NCBI GenBank assembly: GCA_030704615.1
Contig: CM060733.1
Span: forward strand, 72,478,001-72,542,000
DNA length: 64,000 nt
Source: Takakia lepidozioides
Taxonomy: Eukaryota > Plantae > Bryophyta
Reading direction: 5' to 3'
Shown: one piece after another, positions 13,501-26,056 of the stretch
Layout of the letters: every line of letters begins with the position of its first letter
Position numbering within the stretch: the first letter of the stretch is position 1
The notes under the pieces: generated by a model
Databases searched by the model: none
What the model was told of the DNA's origin: nothing
The model's input: only the letters and a program-made list of their open reading frames with translations
Translations under genes and position numbers: made by a program

Positions 13501-14095
13501 GCTCCGACCGGTGTCCCTCCAGGTGAAGCCCTCGCAGAATTTCTAGAATAGATCGAACTGCGGTGCTCGTGCTGGGAATATGACTCCCTCCTCCACTGAC
13601 GTCCATTGAGGACTTGCCTGATCTCCAGGACGACCTCGGAACTTCCATGACCTCGTCTGAGTCGGACAGGTTGTGAACAACCCGGTTCTCGGTCGTCTTC
13701 ATGGATGGGTTCGGCTCTGGATTTACTTCGTTGCGGACTTCTCTCTTTGAGGTACCCACTCTCTGATTCGCGGATTGTTTCGTGGAAGGCGCCAGGATAG
13801 ACGGTGCATTTGGCGGGCAAATGAAGTCCCCAACAGCCCTGTATATGACGCTGTCCGATGGTGGAACTCGCCATTCCCTGCCATCGCCGAAATCATCGTG
13901 GAGCACAACAATACTCTCGACAACAAGGCCGTTTGAGTCCTTCCTTTCCTCCTCCAAAAAAACCGACCCCGGTTTCAGGTGGTATCGAACGCACAGATAT
14001 TTCTCCATCACCCGGCAGGTGTCCCCTCTGCACGGAAATGAAGCTCTATGCTCGTGAGGAGGGCAGTACACTGTAGCGCTCGGGTTTTCCGCCAT
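10503..14095 (-). CDS. MULE-1 transposase (~1170 aa; GCM-like zinc finger, MULE DDE, Cys-rich domain, SWIM); exons 14095-12008 and 11921-10503
   Basis: MULE core: WVMFDH, FMADNAQANWAAIRRVYG, CGFH (CxxH), TTNMAESVH. N-terminal CAGALRC...C...CAHC...C...HVGSHCH. C-terminal SWIM CNCTDF...CKH. An 86-nt GT-AG intron joins the two ORFs in frame. Confidence 0.88.
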
Positions 14096-14394
14096 GGGAG
14101 ATGTGCACACAAGACTGCCAGGATGGCGTGCGGGGAAGCTCCCTGGTAGAAGGGGGTGCAGCGATGGGAATGAATGCGATGCCGATTTGTCCGAGCGACG
14201 AAGCCTGATCCAAATCCAGGGAGCCAACTATCTCAAAAATCCACAGTCAGAGTGTTAATGAACCTTGTCTCCGGAATGCGGCCCCTCGTCTTTGCGCAAT
14301 AACTGCCAACGGTATGCAGTCAGAAAGTGGGGGGCCGTCCGGATGATGACGGCTGAAGGGGATAAGCCGGCACCGTGCCGTCACATTACTACCC

Positions 14395-15045
14395 CCGAAT
14401 GGAAATTCGGCACCCAACATCCAACAGAGGAAGCCCGGATGAAGTCGCCTCGGGCGCAGAGGCCGGAGTGTGTGCGACAGATAACATCTTCTGGATGGAG
14501 ATTCGGCGCCGAATTTCCATCCGGTCCCCCCAAAGGGAGTCGTGTCGGGGGGTCAGGCCGAAAACTGGACGGCATAAAAACATCCCCAGATGGAAAAACG
14601 GCGCCGAATTTCCATCCGGGGCGATTCGGATGCAGTCGGGGAGGGGGGAGTGGCCTGCAGTTGGCTGTCACATTTCAACCCCCGGACGGAAATTCGGCAA
14701 CGAATATCGAACAGGGGACGCCCGGATGAAGTCGCCTGGGGCACAGAGGCCGGCCAGTGTGCGACAGAGAACATCCCCTGGACGGCCATTCGGCGCCGAA
14801 TTTCCATCCGGGCCCCCCCAAAGGAAGTGTTGTCGGCGTGTCAGAGCGAAAACTGGCCGACATAAAAACCTCCACAGATGAGAAAACGGCGCCGAATTTC
14901 AATTCGGGGCCGTTCCAATGAAGTCGGGGAGGGGGGAGAGGTCGGAACCTGGCAGTCATATTTCAACCCCCGGGACGGAAATTCGGCACCGAATATCCAA
15001 CAGAGCGGCGGAGAGGCGGCACCTCTCCGACAGAGACCATCCCCC
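14395..15045. repeat. Degenerate ~290 bp duplicated promoter-region units containing the GGCGCC palindrome
   Basis: 14430-14715 resembles 14720-15005; each contains several AATTCGGCGCCGAATTTCC variants. Confidence 0.7.
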
Positions 15046-15920
15046 GGATGGAGATTCGGCGCCGAATTTCCATCCAGCAGGTAAGTGGAATCTCGGATGG
15101 ATGGAGATTCGGCGCCGAATTTCCATCCAGCAGGTAAGTCGGATCGGTGCCATATGGATATTCGGCGCCGAATTTCCATCCTGCAGGTAATTCGAATCGT
15201 GGATGAATGGAAATTCGGCGCCGAATTTCCATCCAGCAGGTAAGTCGGATCGGTGCCATATGGATATTCGGCGCCGAATTTCCATCCTGCAGGTAATTCG
15301 AATCGTGGATGAATGGAAATTCGGCGCCGAATTTCCATCCAGCAGGTAAGTCGGATCGGTGCCATATGGATATTCGGCGCCGAATTTCCATCCAGCAGGT
15401 AAGTCGGATTGGTGGCGTATGGAAATTCGGCGCCGAATTTCCATCCAGCAGGTAAGTCGGATCGGTGCCATATGGATATTCGGCGCCGAATTTCCATCCT
15501 GCAGGTAATTCGAATCATGGATGAATGGAAATTCGGCGCCGAATTTCCATCCAGCAGGTAAGTCGGATCGGTGCCATATGGATATTCGGCGCCGAATTTC
15601 CATCCTGCAGGTAATTCGAATCGTGGATGAATGGAAATTCGGCGCCGAATTTCCATCCAGCAGGTAAGTCGGATCGGTGCCATATGGATATTCGGCGCCG
15701 AATTTCCATCCTGCAGGTAATTCGAATCGTGGATGAATGGAAATTCGGCGCCGAATTTCCATCCAGCAGGTAAGTCGGATCGGTGCCATATGGATATTCG
15801 GCGCCGAATTTCCATCCTGCAGGTAATTCGAATCGTGGATGAATGGAAATTCGGCGCCGAATTTCCATCCAGCAGGTAAGTCGGATCGTGCCGTATGGAT
15901 ATTCGGCGCCGGATTTCCAC
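15046..15920. repeat. Tandem array of ~17 x 53-bp units (106-bp dimers) built on the palindrome ATGGAAATTCGGCGCCGAATTTCCAT
   Basis: Directly visible periodicity; units also carry GCAGGTAA. Confidence 0.95.
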
Positions 15921-16228
15921 TCGCCATTTATTTCTGAGCGAGGAATTACCTTCGTGCAGGTAATTCCCATATAAGAATTACCTTCGTGCAGGTAATTCGC
16001 ATACAAGAATTACCTTTGTGCAGGTAATTTCCAGATGACAATTACCTTCCTGCAGGTAATTCCAATCGATGTTTATTCCTCGTCCAGAATTACCTGCACA
16101 AAGGTAATTCTCATCTGGAAATTACCTGCATGAAGGTAATTCTTGTATGTGAATTACCTGCACGAAGGTAATTCTTATATGGGAATTACCTGCACGGAGG
16201 TAATTCCTCGCTCAGAAATAAATGGCGA
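15921..16228. repeat. Central long inverted repeat (~140 bp arms, ~24 nt loop) made of 8 AATTACCT-N-AGGTAATT palindromes
   Basis: TCGCCATTTATTTCTGAGCGAGGAATTACC... mirrors ...GGTAATTCCTCGCTCAGAAATAAATGGCGA. Confidence 0.9.
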
Positions 16229-17355
16229 ATCGAAATTCGGCGCCGAATATCCATATGGCACCGATCCGACTTACCTGCTGGATGGAAATTCGGCGCCGAA
16301 TTACCTGCTTGAAGGAAATTTGGCGAACCGCCCTACCTGCGCGGATGGAAATTCGGCGCCGGATTTCCATCCGCGCGCATCCGAATTACCTGCTTGAAGG
16401 AAATTTGGCGCACCGCCCTACCTGCGCGGATGGAAATTCGGCGCCGGATTTCCATCCGGGCGCATCCGAATTACCTGCGCGGATGGAAATTCGGCGCCGA
16501 ATTTCCATCCGCGCGCATCCGAATTACCTGCGCGGATGGAAATTCGGCGCCGGATTTCCATCCGCGCGCATCCGAATTACCTGCTTGAAGGAAATTTGGC
16601 GCACCGCCCTACCTTCGCGGATGGAAATTCGGCGCCGGATTTCCATCCGGGCGCATCCGAATTACCTGCGCGGATGGAAATTCGGCGCCGGATTTCCATC
16701 CGCGCGCATCCGAATTACCTGCTTGAAGGAAATTTGGCGCACCGCCATCCTACGCGGATGGAAATTCGGCGCCGGATTTCCATCCGCGCGCATCCGAATT
16801 ACCTGCGCGGATGGAAATTCGGCGCCGGATTTCCATCCGCGCGCATCCGAATTACCTGCTTGAAGGAAATTTGGCGCACCGCCCTACCTTCGCGGATGGA
16901 AATTCGGCGCCGGATTTCCATCCGGGCGCATCCGAATTACCTGCGCGGATGGAAATTCGGCGCCGGATTTCCATCCGCGCGCATCCGAATTACCTGCTTG
17001 AAGGAAATTTGGCGCACCGCCATCCTACGCGGATGGAAATTCGGCGCCGGATTTCCATCCGCGCGCATCCGAATTACCTGCGCGGATGGAAATTCGGCGC
17101 CGGATTTCCATCCGCGCGCATCCGAATTACCTGCTTGAAGGAAATTTGGCGCACCGCCCTACCTGCGCGGATGGAAATTCGGCGCCGGATTTCCATCCGG
17201 CGCATCCGAATTACCTGCGCGGATGGAAATTCGGCGCCGGATTTCCATCCGCGCGCATCCGAATTACCTGCTTGAAGGAAATTTGGCGCACCGCCCTACC
17301 TGCGCGGATGGAAATTCGGCGCCGGATTTCCATCCGCGCGCTTCCGAATTACCTG
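16229..17355. repeat. Tandem array of ~17 palindromes GGATGGAAATTCGGCGCCG(G/A)ATTTCCATCC with a 275-bp higher-order period
   Basis: Identical repeat-derived ORFs start at 16536, 16811 and 17086. Units carry TTACCTGC, the opposite orientation to the left array. Confidence 0.95.
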
Positions 17356-17583
17356 CGTGAGGGAAATTCCGGGACTGTTTTCGTCTATTTTCTTCCGACA
17401 TGGAGGGCTTCATCCGACATTTAATTGCGCAGTTGGGCAATAAATGTCGACGGCCGTCGCTTATTATTCGGGCTGGCGACGCATGGCTTCCTGGACACGT
17501 ACCCTAAATCTCATGCTATACTTGGCTTAACATGGTATTCCAGGCATGTACCCCAAAAAAGGAGATCTTTTTGGCTGGGACTT

Positions 17584-20500
17584 ATGCCGCCTGAAGGGCG
17601 TGGCTCTCCTGAGAGAGACCTCAGATCCAGACCGCGGCGGAAGTTGAAAGCTCTGTACTACGGACGACGGCCAATCTCTCGCATGGCCAAACTGAAGCTC
17701 CAGCAGGAGATTCCAGTGTCTTGCTCACAACCTGCGCCAACTGAAGCCGAGTACTCTCAGGCAAGCCACTTCTGCTTTCGGTTTGTTCGATTTCTTTTTT
17801 GCTTTCGCTTCGTTACCTCGCTTTGTTTCTGCATCTTCATCCTGGCTTTGCTTTATGAGTGAACTTTAGATAGTTGACTGAACCTTAGATTGTTTGCAAT
17901 GCGTGTGCAAATCCGGCAGCTCTGGAGAAGGCTGCTTGTGCATGTCATTCTTAGGCAATGGTTGCATTTGTTTTCATTGTTGTTGCATGGCTCTCCATAC
18001 TTCCTAAACTTGTTATGTTTTCATTTTTGCTACATGATTGCTGCTATGGTGGTTGCGCTGCTGCTTTTTGCACCACTGTTGGTGTTCACGATTTTTGTCA
18101 ATCACAGAGTGACGACGAGCCCGGCACGCTGGTGGTATCATCGACAGCTCCAACTCATCGCATGTTTGAATCGCCCAACTTGGGGCGAGAGGGCAAACTT
18201 AAATCTTTTGTTGGTGGACGGGAGGACTTGCAACGAGATTACGATAGAGTAGGCATTGGGGAGGTTGGTGCAGGCGGCATGGCAGGTGAAGGGCGTGAGG
18301 ACATGAGGACAGCAGATCCGGCAATGGAGGTTGTTCATGCACATGCAGTAGGGCCCGCCCACGCAAAGAAAAAGAAGAAAGCTAAGCACATGCAATCCCC
18401 GGCGAGAGAGCAGTCACGGGCTGCGGAGGGGGGAGTGAGCAGTGCGCGCGAGGGTGTCAGTTCGCCTCAATCAAAGGTGGTCGTCCTGGAGGGCTCCCCT
18501 GTTGCTAGCCCTAGTAAGAAACAGAAAGCCCGTGAGAGGGCAAAAGAGAGGGCAAAAGAACAGACGAGACAGAATGCTAGCAAGGAGGAAAGACAAAAGG
18601 CAGCTGAAGAGGCCCGGGGTGCCCAAATGACAGATGCCAATGTAAGCGAGGGACACACAGAGACGGTGGATCCCTACAAGACACCACAGAGAGGCAGTAG
18701 CACACCGGTTAGACCATCGCGGGCAAGTGCAGCCCCCGCAATTACCCATACGGTGGAGAGTGGAGGAGAGGAAAGAACACCTGAAAGAGCACCGATTGTG
18801 CAAGTTCGAGGTGAAGCCAGGGAGAGGGCAGTAGAGACGACGAGAGTGCTGGAGGTGGTTTCGCAGGTGGCTGACCCTGTTGAGGAGGACGACATGGATG
18901 TTTCTGACCAGGATGACATTCTCCCGGACATCCCCAGGCCCCAAACCCGGAGCATACAGGCTGGATTTGGCGGTCTTGGTGGGCTGCCGGAAAACCCCTC
19001 TGCAGCAGACGTCATGTCTGAGGCGGATATGAAGTTGGCCGCTGCCAAGATGTTGGAGGCAACCCACAGCAACATTGGCAGGGTGCTGGGGGGCATGGTG
19101 TACCCGGCCAAGCTTCGAATTCCCCTTTGCCGCTTGGTGTCATTGCAGGTGGTGAGACCTGCCCTCCCAGGCGATATCGACAAGCTGAAATTCTCTTTCC
19201 GGGATGGATATCGAATGGGGTCTGCCGCCTTTTACGTTTCCATTGAGAACGACCACGGAGCTTCCCGTGCCCACACTTCCGATGAGGTGGACAAATGGGG
19301 TCCCCATTGGCAAACGCGAAATGAGGAGTTCGAGAGATCGATTGCTAGTGATCCTCTTTTCCAGCACATGTCCGGTAAGATGTTCTACGTGTGGGACGGC
19401 AATCATCGCCTCCTGGCATGGATGGAGCACATTGCCCAAGCCCACCCCAACGATCTCGATTGGCATTTCGCCGTCGATTGTGTTGTGCTGAAGGTTGCGG
19501 GGCCCAAAGATCGCAGTCTTCTCAAAGCTGCAATGGCCGACATCAACTCGTAAGCTACAACCCCTCTCGCTTTTGGACTTTGAATTTGGAAGTCATTTCA
19601 TTGCGAATCCTCATATATGATGAAAATTCCCATTTCAGTATTGTTTGATGGAAATGTGGCACTGCAGGGTGACTGAGAATGCCTTCATTGCCACCAACTT
19701 GTCCCATATGCTCTTCCGAGTGAAGGATGTCGGGAGGCAGGGGGTGGAAGAGTTTGCCAATTCCCTCAGTGCCGACCTCCTGCGCAAGTCGGAGGCAAAG
19801 GCAGACAGAACCTGGTATAGGCTGAGCGTCGACGCCATGGTGGACTACATATTTCGGGTAAAGCTCCTGCAGTTTTGTTGAGCTAATTTGTCTCTCCTCC
19901 CCCAATAGAAGAAATTGTGTTGAGCAGGATCTCTAATCTTATGTGCTGCTTTTCGACAGACGAAAATACAGCAGGATTTGGCACATGCGCGGAGGTTCTA
20001 CATGGAGTCAGAGGAGAAGAATCCAACCCTCCCGGAACTCGAATCGTATGTCAAAGCTGCGGAGGTGAGGGCCCGCATAAAGTACAAGTCGCGGATGGTA
20101 AAGTACGTGGCCATAGCTGATCCCGCCCTTGGTGCCGACTTTCTGGTGGAGGTGGGAAAGCACTACTCTCGCGCTCTGAAGCCCACGATGACATTGGAGA
20201 AGCTCCATCGTCTAGCCACATCCTGTGTGGATGCAACAGAAAAGGTGATACATTCTTAACCAAATTGTGGTGGCAACAACTCCTTTTTGTGGTGTTTGGC
20301 GCTTACGAATATGCTGGGTGGTTGGACAGACCCGGTGGCTCCAAATCTGGAATGGTTCCCAAAGTACCAGGGACATGTGGAGCTTCCCCAAACCGGACAA
20401 ACTCTCTGACCCCACATTCGACATGTGGATGAACCGCATGACATGGTGGTTTCAGGTACTTCCCCACGCTTCGTTTGGGGCTTGTACTCTAGTAGGGGGT

Positions 20501-23500
20501 TGATTCATTGTATTTTTTGAGGAAAGCGATCTGATGGACAATCTCCACAGGTGACGACGAATGCGCAAGAGCAGCTGGACACACAAGCACATCAGTTCAA
20601 GATGGAGATATCTCCTGCAGCAGAGAGCCTGCGTGACTATGTGACGAGGTACTTTCTGCTCTACAAAACCAACCTATTCTTTCGGGAGATAGCAGATGCT
20701 CGCCGGAGCCACGAGTTCACCGACCAGCCGAACGCGGACAAAGCAGCAATGCGCCTTCTGTACAGGTACATACGCGCTGCCTTTCTTTCAAGTCCTGGCA
20801 TTTCAGGATGTTAGAGGCCTAAGTGGTGTTAGGGAAAATGGCGCCGAATTTCCAGTCAGGGCTCCGAAAATGGCAAAGTCCCTAGACTGGCTGGCCCGGA
20901 ACTGAAAATTCGGCGCCATTTTCCAGTTCCAGGCCCTATTGCCGTTCAGGGACTTAGCCATTTTCGGGCTAAGTCCCTAGTGTGGCTGGCCCGGAACTGG
21001 AAATTCGGCGCCGTTTTCCAGTTCTAGGCCCTATTGCCGTCCAGGGACTTAGCCATTTTCGGGCTAAGTCCCTAGACTGGCTGGCCATGAAGTGGAAATT
21101 CGGCGCCATATTCCAGTTCCAGGCCCTATTGCCGTCCAGGGACTTAGCCATTTTCGGTCTAAGTCCCTAGGGTGGCTGGCCCGGAACTGGAAATTCGGCG
21201 CCGTATTCCAGTTCTAGGCCCTATTGCCGTCCAGGGACTTAGCCATTTTCCGGCTAAGTCCCTAGACTGGCTGGCCCTGAAGTGGAAATTCGGCGCCATA
21301 TTCCAGTTCCAGGCCCTATTGCCGTCCAGGGACTTAGCCATTTTAGGTCTAAGTCCCTAGGGTGGCTGGCCCGGAACTGGAAATTCGGCGCCGTATTCCA
21401 GTTCTAGGCCCTATTGCCGTCCAGGGACTTAGCCATTTTCGGGCCAAGTCCCTAGACTGGCTGGCCCTGAAGTGGAAATTCGGCGCCATATTCCAGTTCC
21501 AGGCCCTATTGCCGTCCAGGGACTTAGCCATTTTCGGTCTAAGTCCCTAGGGTGGCTGGCCCGGAACTGGAAATTCGGCGCCGTATTCCAGTTCTAGGCC
21601 CTATTGCCGTCCAGGGACTTAGCCATTTTTTGTGTAAGTCCCTAGGGTGGCTGGCCCGGAAGTGGAAATTCGGCGCCGTTTTCCAGTTCCAGGCCGTATT
21701 GCCGTCCAGGGACTTAGCCATTTTCGGGCTAAGTCCCTACACTGGGTGGCCCTGAAGTGGAAATTCGGCGCCATATTCCAGTTGTAGGCCCTATTGCCGT
21801 TCAGGGAGTTAGCCATTTTCGGACCTCATTGGGTTTTTCATGAATGCAGGTACTGTAAGTTCTCGCTTTTGGAGAAAGGTCATCTGTCTTTCGAGCCACC
21901 ATTCTTCCTGGCATGGAGGAACCCTGGGGCTGACTCCATGTACACTGACGATATTGTGAAGGAGTGGCATCTGGAACATTTGCGTGATTGCCCTTGGTAT
22001 GTGGACCTTCCGCCCGGCTCGCTCGACCCATCCGAGTTTCAATTGAAGCTGGATGCTGAATTCCGACGAAACCGGGCTCCGCTGCCTCCGTTGGGTGCAA
22101 AAGAGGCAAAAGCGCTTGCGAACTCCAGGAAAGCGGCAGAGCTTGCTCAGGCAGGAATTCAAGAGAAATTGCATGAGAAGAGTAAAGGTCAAAGGAAAAG
22201 GACAAGGAAACAGGTGACTGCAGTAACACCCAAAAAGAAGAAAACCATCGGGGCATCGGAGGAGGCGCAGGAGGGGACCCAAGAGAGTGACTCCGACGCC
22301 GATTTTGTTCAAGGTCCTGCGACTGCTGTTGCTCCTACCCAGTCACCGGTCGTCCGGGTTCCCAAGTCAGTTCGGAGTGGGACTGGCTCTGCCAAGAAGT
22401 TGGCATTTGAGGGCGAGCCTACACGGCGGTATTCGGCGGTGACGTTTACGCACAGGCCAAAGCTAGAACCTCCAACCATCATCCAATGCGTCAATGAGAG
22501 CTTCCTTGACGCTCTCGCTGCCAGGGCGAAGAAGGTGGCACACAACAAGTCTCTGGCGGAGCAGAAGGGAAAAGCCAAGAAGAGGGCTGCCGGTACAGAG
22601 CCTAAAGACACCCCTGGTTTTGAAGCCATGATGGAATTCTTCACGGCTGTGAGCACGAATTGCAAGAGCACTCGGGGGGGGGTTGAGGTGGAGAGAGCTT
22701 GCGACATGATTCTCCTCGACATTCCAGATGGGGAGCTGCTGGAGGGCCTGGATGGTGTGCCCACCTGGAACAGGTTTACTGAGGACTACTGGAAAGCCGG
22801 GTTTGGGCTGGCGGGGATGCTTCTGGATGACGGTGGATGTGTGGTTGTCCTTGCCACGAGAGGGAAGACCACAGAGAATGCGGTGGCAAGGTGGACACCG
22901 AAAAGTGTCACCCCGGTCCTCCTCAGAAAATGGTTCTGCATCAGTACGCAGGGGTTGCGAACAGAGGGCCAAAGTGTAAGTTATCAATCTATTGCATTCA
23001 CTTCATATTGTGGTGTATGTTAAGTAGACCCTGGAATTGATCCCTTCTTTGTTGGATGTGCAGACATTGGTGTTTGAGGCATATTGCTTTGTGAAGAGAG
23101 GGTCTACGTTCAAATTCCGCAACGACGTCGTCTTGTTGATGCCGCTGTGGACCCTGTAACCTACGATGTCCTCTACAACTATGTGCCCCACTCTAGTATG
23201 CCGAAGGACACAAAGACAGGCAAACCGTGGCGGTACAGCCGGACCCGAAGCCCTGCTTTCATCCAAACCCTCATGGAGACGTGCTCGGATGTCCAAGGGC
23301 GGATTCTGGACCTCACATGCGGCACGGGTAAGCCTTCACGTGCTCAGTTTGTCCCCTGGCCCCATTGCAATTGCATGCCGCAAGCTATTAACCGCCCGCT
23401 TTGTTCCTCAGGTGCTTCAATGTGGGCAGGGACGTTGTCCGACAGGCATGTGTTCGCCTTCGAGCCAGATACTGCCCTCCACAACTCGGAACTTGCAGCG

Positions 23501-24199
23501 GCTGAACGTCTGCCGAAAGAGGAAGAGGCATCCTCGGAGGATGAGGAAAAATCCGAGAAGGAGCAGGGGGAGGAAGTTGGGATCGAGGCCGAGGAGCCCC
23601 CGGTTTACGAGTGAGTGGTGGCATTGTAAGTTGCCTCCAGATTTTGTGAGGCACCTCCCTCCGCTCTCTTATTTCATTGAAAACCCTTTCTGGTTGTGCT
23701 GGTATTGACATTCTTCAAGTGGATTTGTTCTTACTGTAGGATGCCAAGTACTGCCGGAGGGACGTCTACACCGGAGTTCATGGGCAGGAGGAACGTGCCT
23801 TTTTTTGCCAGGGGAGATTTCATGCCTAGTCCAGAAAGGGAGTACATCCTGCCTACTTATGCTGCCCGGCTTGCTTCGGTGTCCATTAGGAGGTGTTCCG
23901 AACGTAGTCGTGTACAGCAGATTTTAGACGAGGCAAGCCTCAAGAAAATGAAGATGAGGGAGGAGGCAGCAGCTATTAGAGCCCGTCGGGCTCGTAGATT
24001 TGTGTTGGATTCTGCTGAGGAAAGTGGGGGAGAAGACGCAGAAGATTCCCAGGAGGTGAGGTGGACAGTCCCCCAAGGAGAGGACGGGATTTTTGAGAGG
24101 CATAGTGGAACTGATGCATCACAGAGCTCGGAGGATGAGGGGGATGAGGGGGATGAGGAAGAAGGTGGGGCAAGTTCCTCGGAGGGTGTAGGAGAGTAG
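17584..24199 (+). CDS. MULE-1 ParB-like / beta-class DNA amino-methyltransferase-like fusion protein (multi-exon; 1-nt deletion near 23127)
   Basis: Predicted exons ~17584-17760, 18108-19549, 19668-19857, 19960-20244, 20330-20455, 20551-20765, 21850-22975, 23064-23327, 23412-23609, 23740-24199. ParB-like RIPLCRL...R...KL...G...FYV...VWDGNHRLLAW. MTase motif IV-like DMILLDIPDG, then RSPAFIQTLMETCS...ILDLTCGTG/AS...RHVFAFE (motifs X-I-II). The 5'-most exon is uncertain. Confidence 0.78.
20830..21820. repeat. Intronic tandem array (95-bp units, 190-bp dimers) with TGGAAATTCGGCGCC and a GGGACTTAGCC-N7-GGCTAAGTCCC hairpin
   Basis: Repeat-derived ORFs recur every 190 bp (20982, 21172, 21362, 21552). 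Lies inside predicted intron 20766-21849. Confidence 0.92.
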
Positions 24200-24428
24200 T
24201 GCCCATTCCGGCTATGACAGTTAGAACACACTTGTATAGACGTGGCTTGCCACAAAATTTGCAATAAAATGTTGCATTTTAAGTCCACTGGTGCCACATT
24301 CCAACTTCACATGACCCTATTTCCGTGCCTCCTAACCCTATTTCCGTGGACTCACAATGGTCTGCTCATGCTTTTTTTTTTTCCGCTCATGCTCATGCCG
24401 CTCATGAAATAGCAGCCCCCCTACAATG

Positions 24429-25556
24429 CCTACTGAACCATTTCAGAAATGGGGACTAGACTTTGTTGGACCAATTAACCCACCGGCCAAGAATACACAG
24501 AACAAGTATATAATTACAGCCACTGATTATACTACAAAGTGGGTGGAAGCTAAAGCTCTGAGGGACAACACAGCCAAATCCACAGCAAGGTTCCTGTATG
24601 AGAACATACTTACATGATTTGGCTATCCCTTGGAATTTATCAGTGACCAGGGAAGTCACTTCATTAATGAGACCATTGAACTATTGACTAAAGAGTTCAT
24701 GATTGTGCATAGGAAGAGTACAACGTATTACCCACAGGGTAACGGGCAGGCAGAGGCTACCAACAAAATACTATGTATTATCTTGGCTAAGATAGTCAAT
24801 GCAAACAGAACGGATTGGGATACAAAGCTGCTGACAGCTTTGTGATCATACATGACTTCATATAAAGTCACCACTAAGTATACACCATTCCAATTAGTTT
24901 ATGGTATGAAAGCTTTACTTCTAGTGGAATTCTTGCTACCTACCATGAGAACGGAATGGGGAAAGAGAATGGAATTGGAAGATTCAATTAAGGTCAGGAA
25001 ACATGAATTATACCATGTGGAAGAAGTACGTGCTGATGCAGCTGATAACATGACCAGAATTTAGATAAAGAGGAAGGAACAGTTTGATGAAGGCAAATTA
25101 AAGACTTTTAAGACAGGAGATTTGGTTCTCTGGTTGCAGAAGAAGGGGAAGATTAAAGCTTCTAAGCTTAAATCACCATGGAAATGACCTTATGTCATAC
25201 AAAAGATGTATGATAACAACACCGCCATGTTACAAACCATTAACAAAGAGATGCTAGGAAGAGTCAATGCCAATAAATTGAAGGGGTACAGTGGTATCCA
25301 TGACAAACCATTGCAGCACGATTTGCATGTTGAAACGCAAAAGCAGTCACGGGCTGCGCCAGTGATACCAACGGAGTATGGAGCACTTGTCGCTAAGCCG
25401 AGCATATATGACCAGGGCGGGAACTACAGGTGTTCGCATACCTATCACAGCCCATCACAGCCCATCACAACGTCACACAGCCTATCACAGCCCATCACAA
25501 GTGCCACACAACCTATCACAGCTCAACACAGCCTACCGGGGTTACACAGTCCATAG
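24429..25556 (+). pseudogene. Integrase core and C-terminus of element B
   Basis: [38 protein letters not shown]; internal stops. Confidence 0.92.
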
Positions 25557-26056
25557 GATCAGTGACAGGTGGACGTGGGTTAACATCCGGAGAGTGGCAA
25601 GCGGAAAAGTTGAAGGAGGCAGGTTTAGAAATGGACACGTGGACGCCAGGGCGAGACACACAGCCGGACATGAATTGCAAGAACGGGTGTCATCAAGAAG
25701 GAAGACAAAATTGGTCGTCAAAGTACCTACTCGGCACGTTAACCGAAATTTATTGTGGGCCCATTAATGCATATAGGGAAAGGGTAACGGAACCCTTTAC
25801 AAGTACCGAAAAGCGAAATCCTTGTCACATGTGCTATCCTAGTGGACAGTCCAGGGGGGAAAATCCACGGAAGGGAATTAAATTACAAAACCAATCACAG
25901 AGCCAAGAGCCAATCATGAGCCAGAATTACCTACAGAGGGTAATTTCCAAGAAGCAAGATCAAGAATTTAGAGAAATTATGAGCGCAAGAGTCGGCGTGG
26001 TTCCGAATAACGGGCGTCTCGACAAGGGAGACAATCAAAGCTATAGCTTTGAAGCT

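Larger units (their letters stand above)
9725..24420. mobile_element. MULE-1: complete ~14.7 kb Mutator-like DNA transposon carrying a ParB-MTase gene
   Basis: Imperfect TIRs GAGGTTTGCTATTTCATGAGC / GGGGGCTGCTATTTCATGAGC. TSD CTACAATG at 9717-9724 and 24421-24428 (9 bp if the adjacent C is counted). It splits the integrase at LHPTM|PTEPF. Confidence 0.93.

Noticed and set aside
10461-13546. Plus-strand ORFs antisense to the transposase
   Set aside because: Shadow ORFs of a GC-rich coding strand, not conserved in MULE-2.
14841-17424. Long repetitive ORFs (MEIRRRISI..., WKFGAEF...)
   Set aside because: They are translations of the 53/106/275-bp palindrome arrays that cycle through frames on both strands, with no evidence of coding.
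20969-21816. Series of 60-67 aa ORFs every 190 bp
   Set aside because: By-products of the intronic tandem repeat.
17584-24199. Prophage or bacterial contamination, suggested by the ParB and MTase motifs
   Set aside because: The gene has many conserved spliceosomal introns and lies inside TIR/TSD-bounded elements nested in a plant-type retrotransposon.
9725-24420. Zisupton/KDZ or hAT classification (8-bp TSD reading, SWIM finger)
   Set aside because: The catalytic core has the MULE pattern (D...D-x-A...CxxH...N.aE..H), and the sister element has a clear 9-bp TSD.
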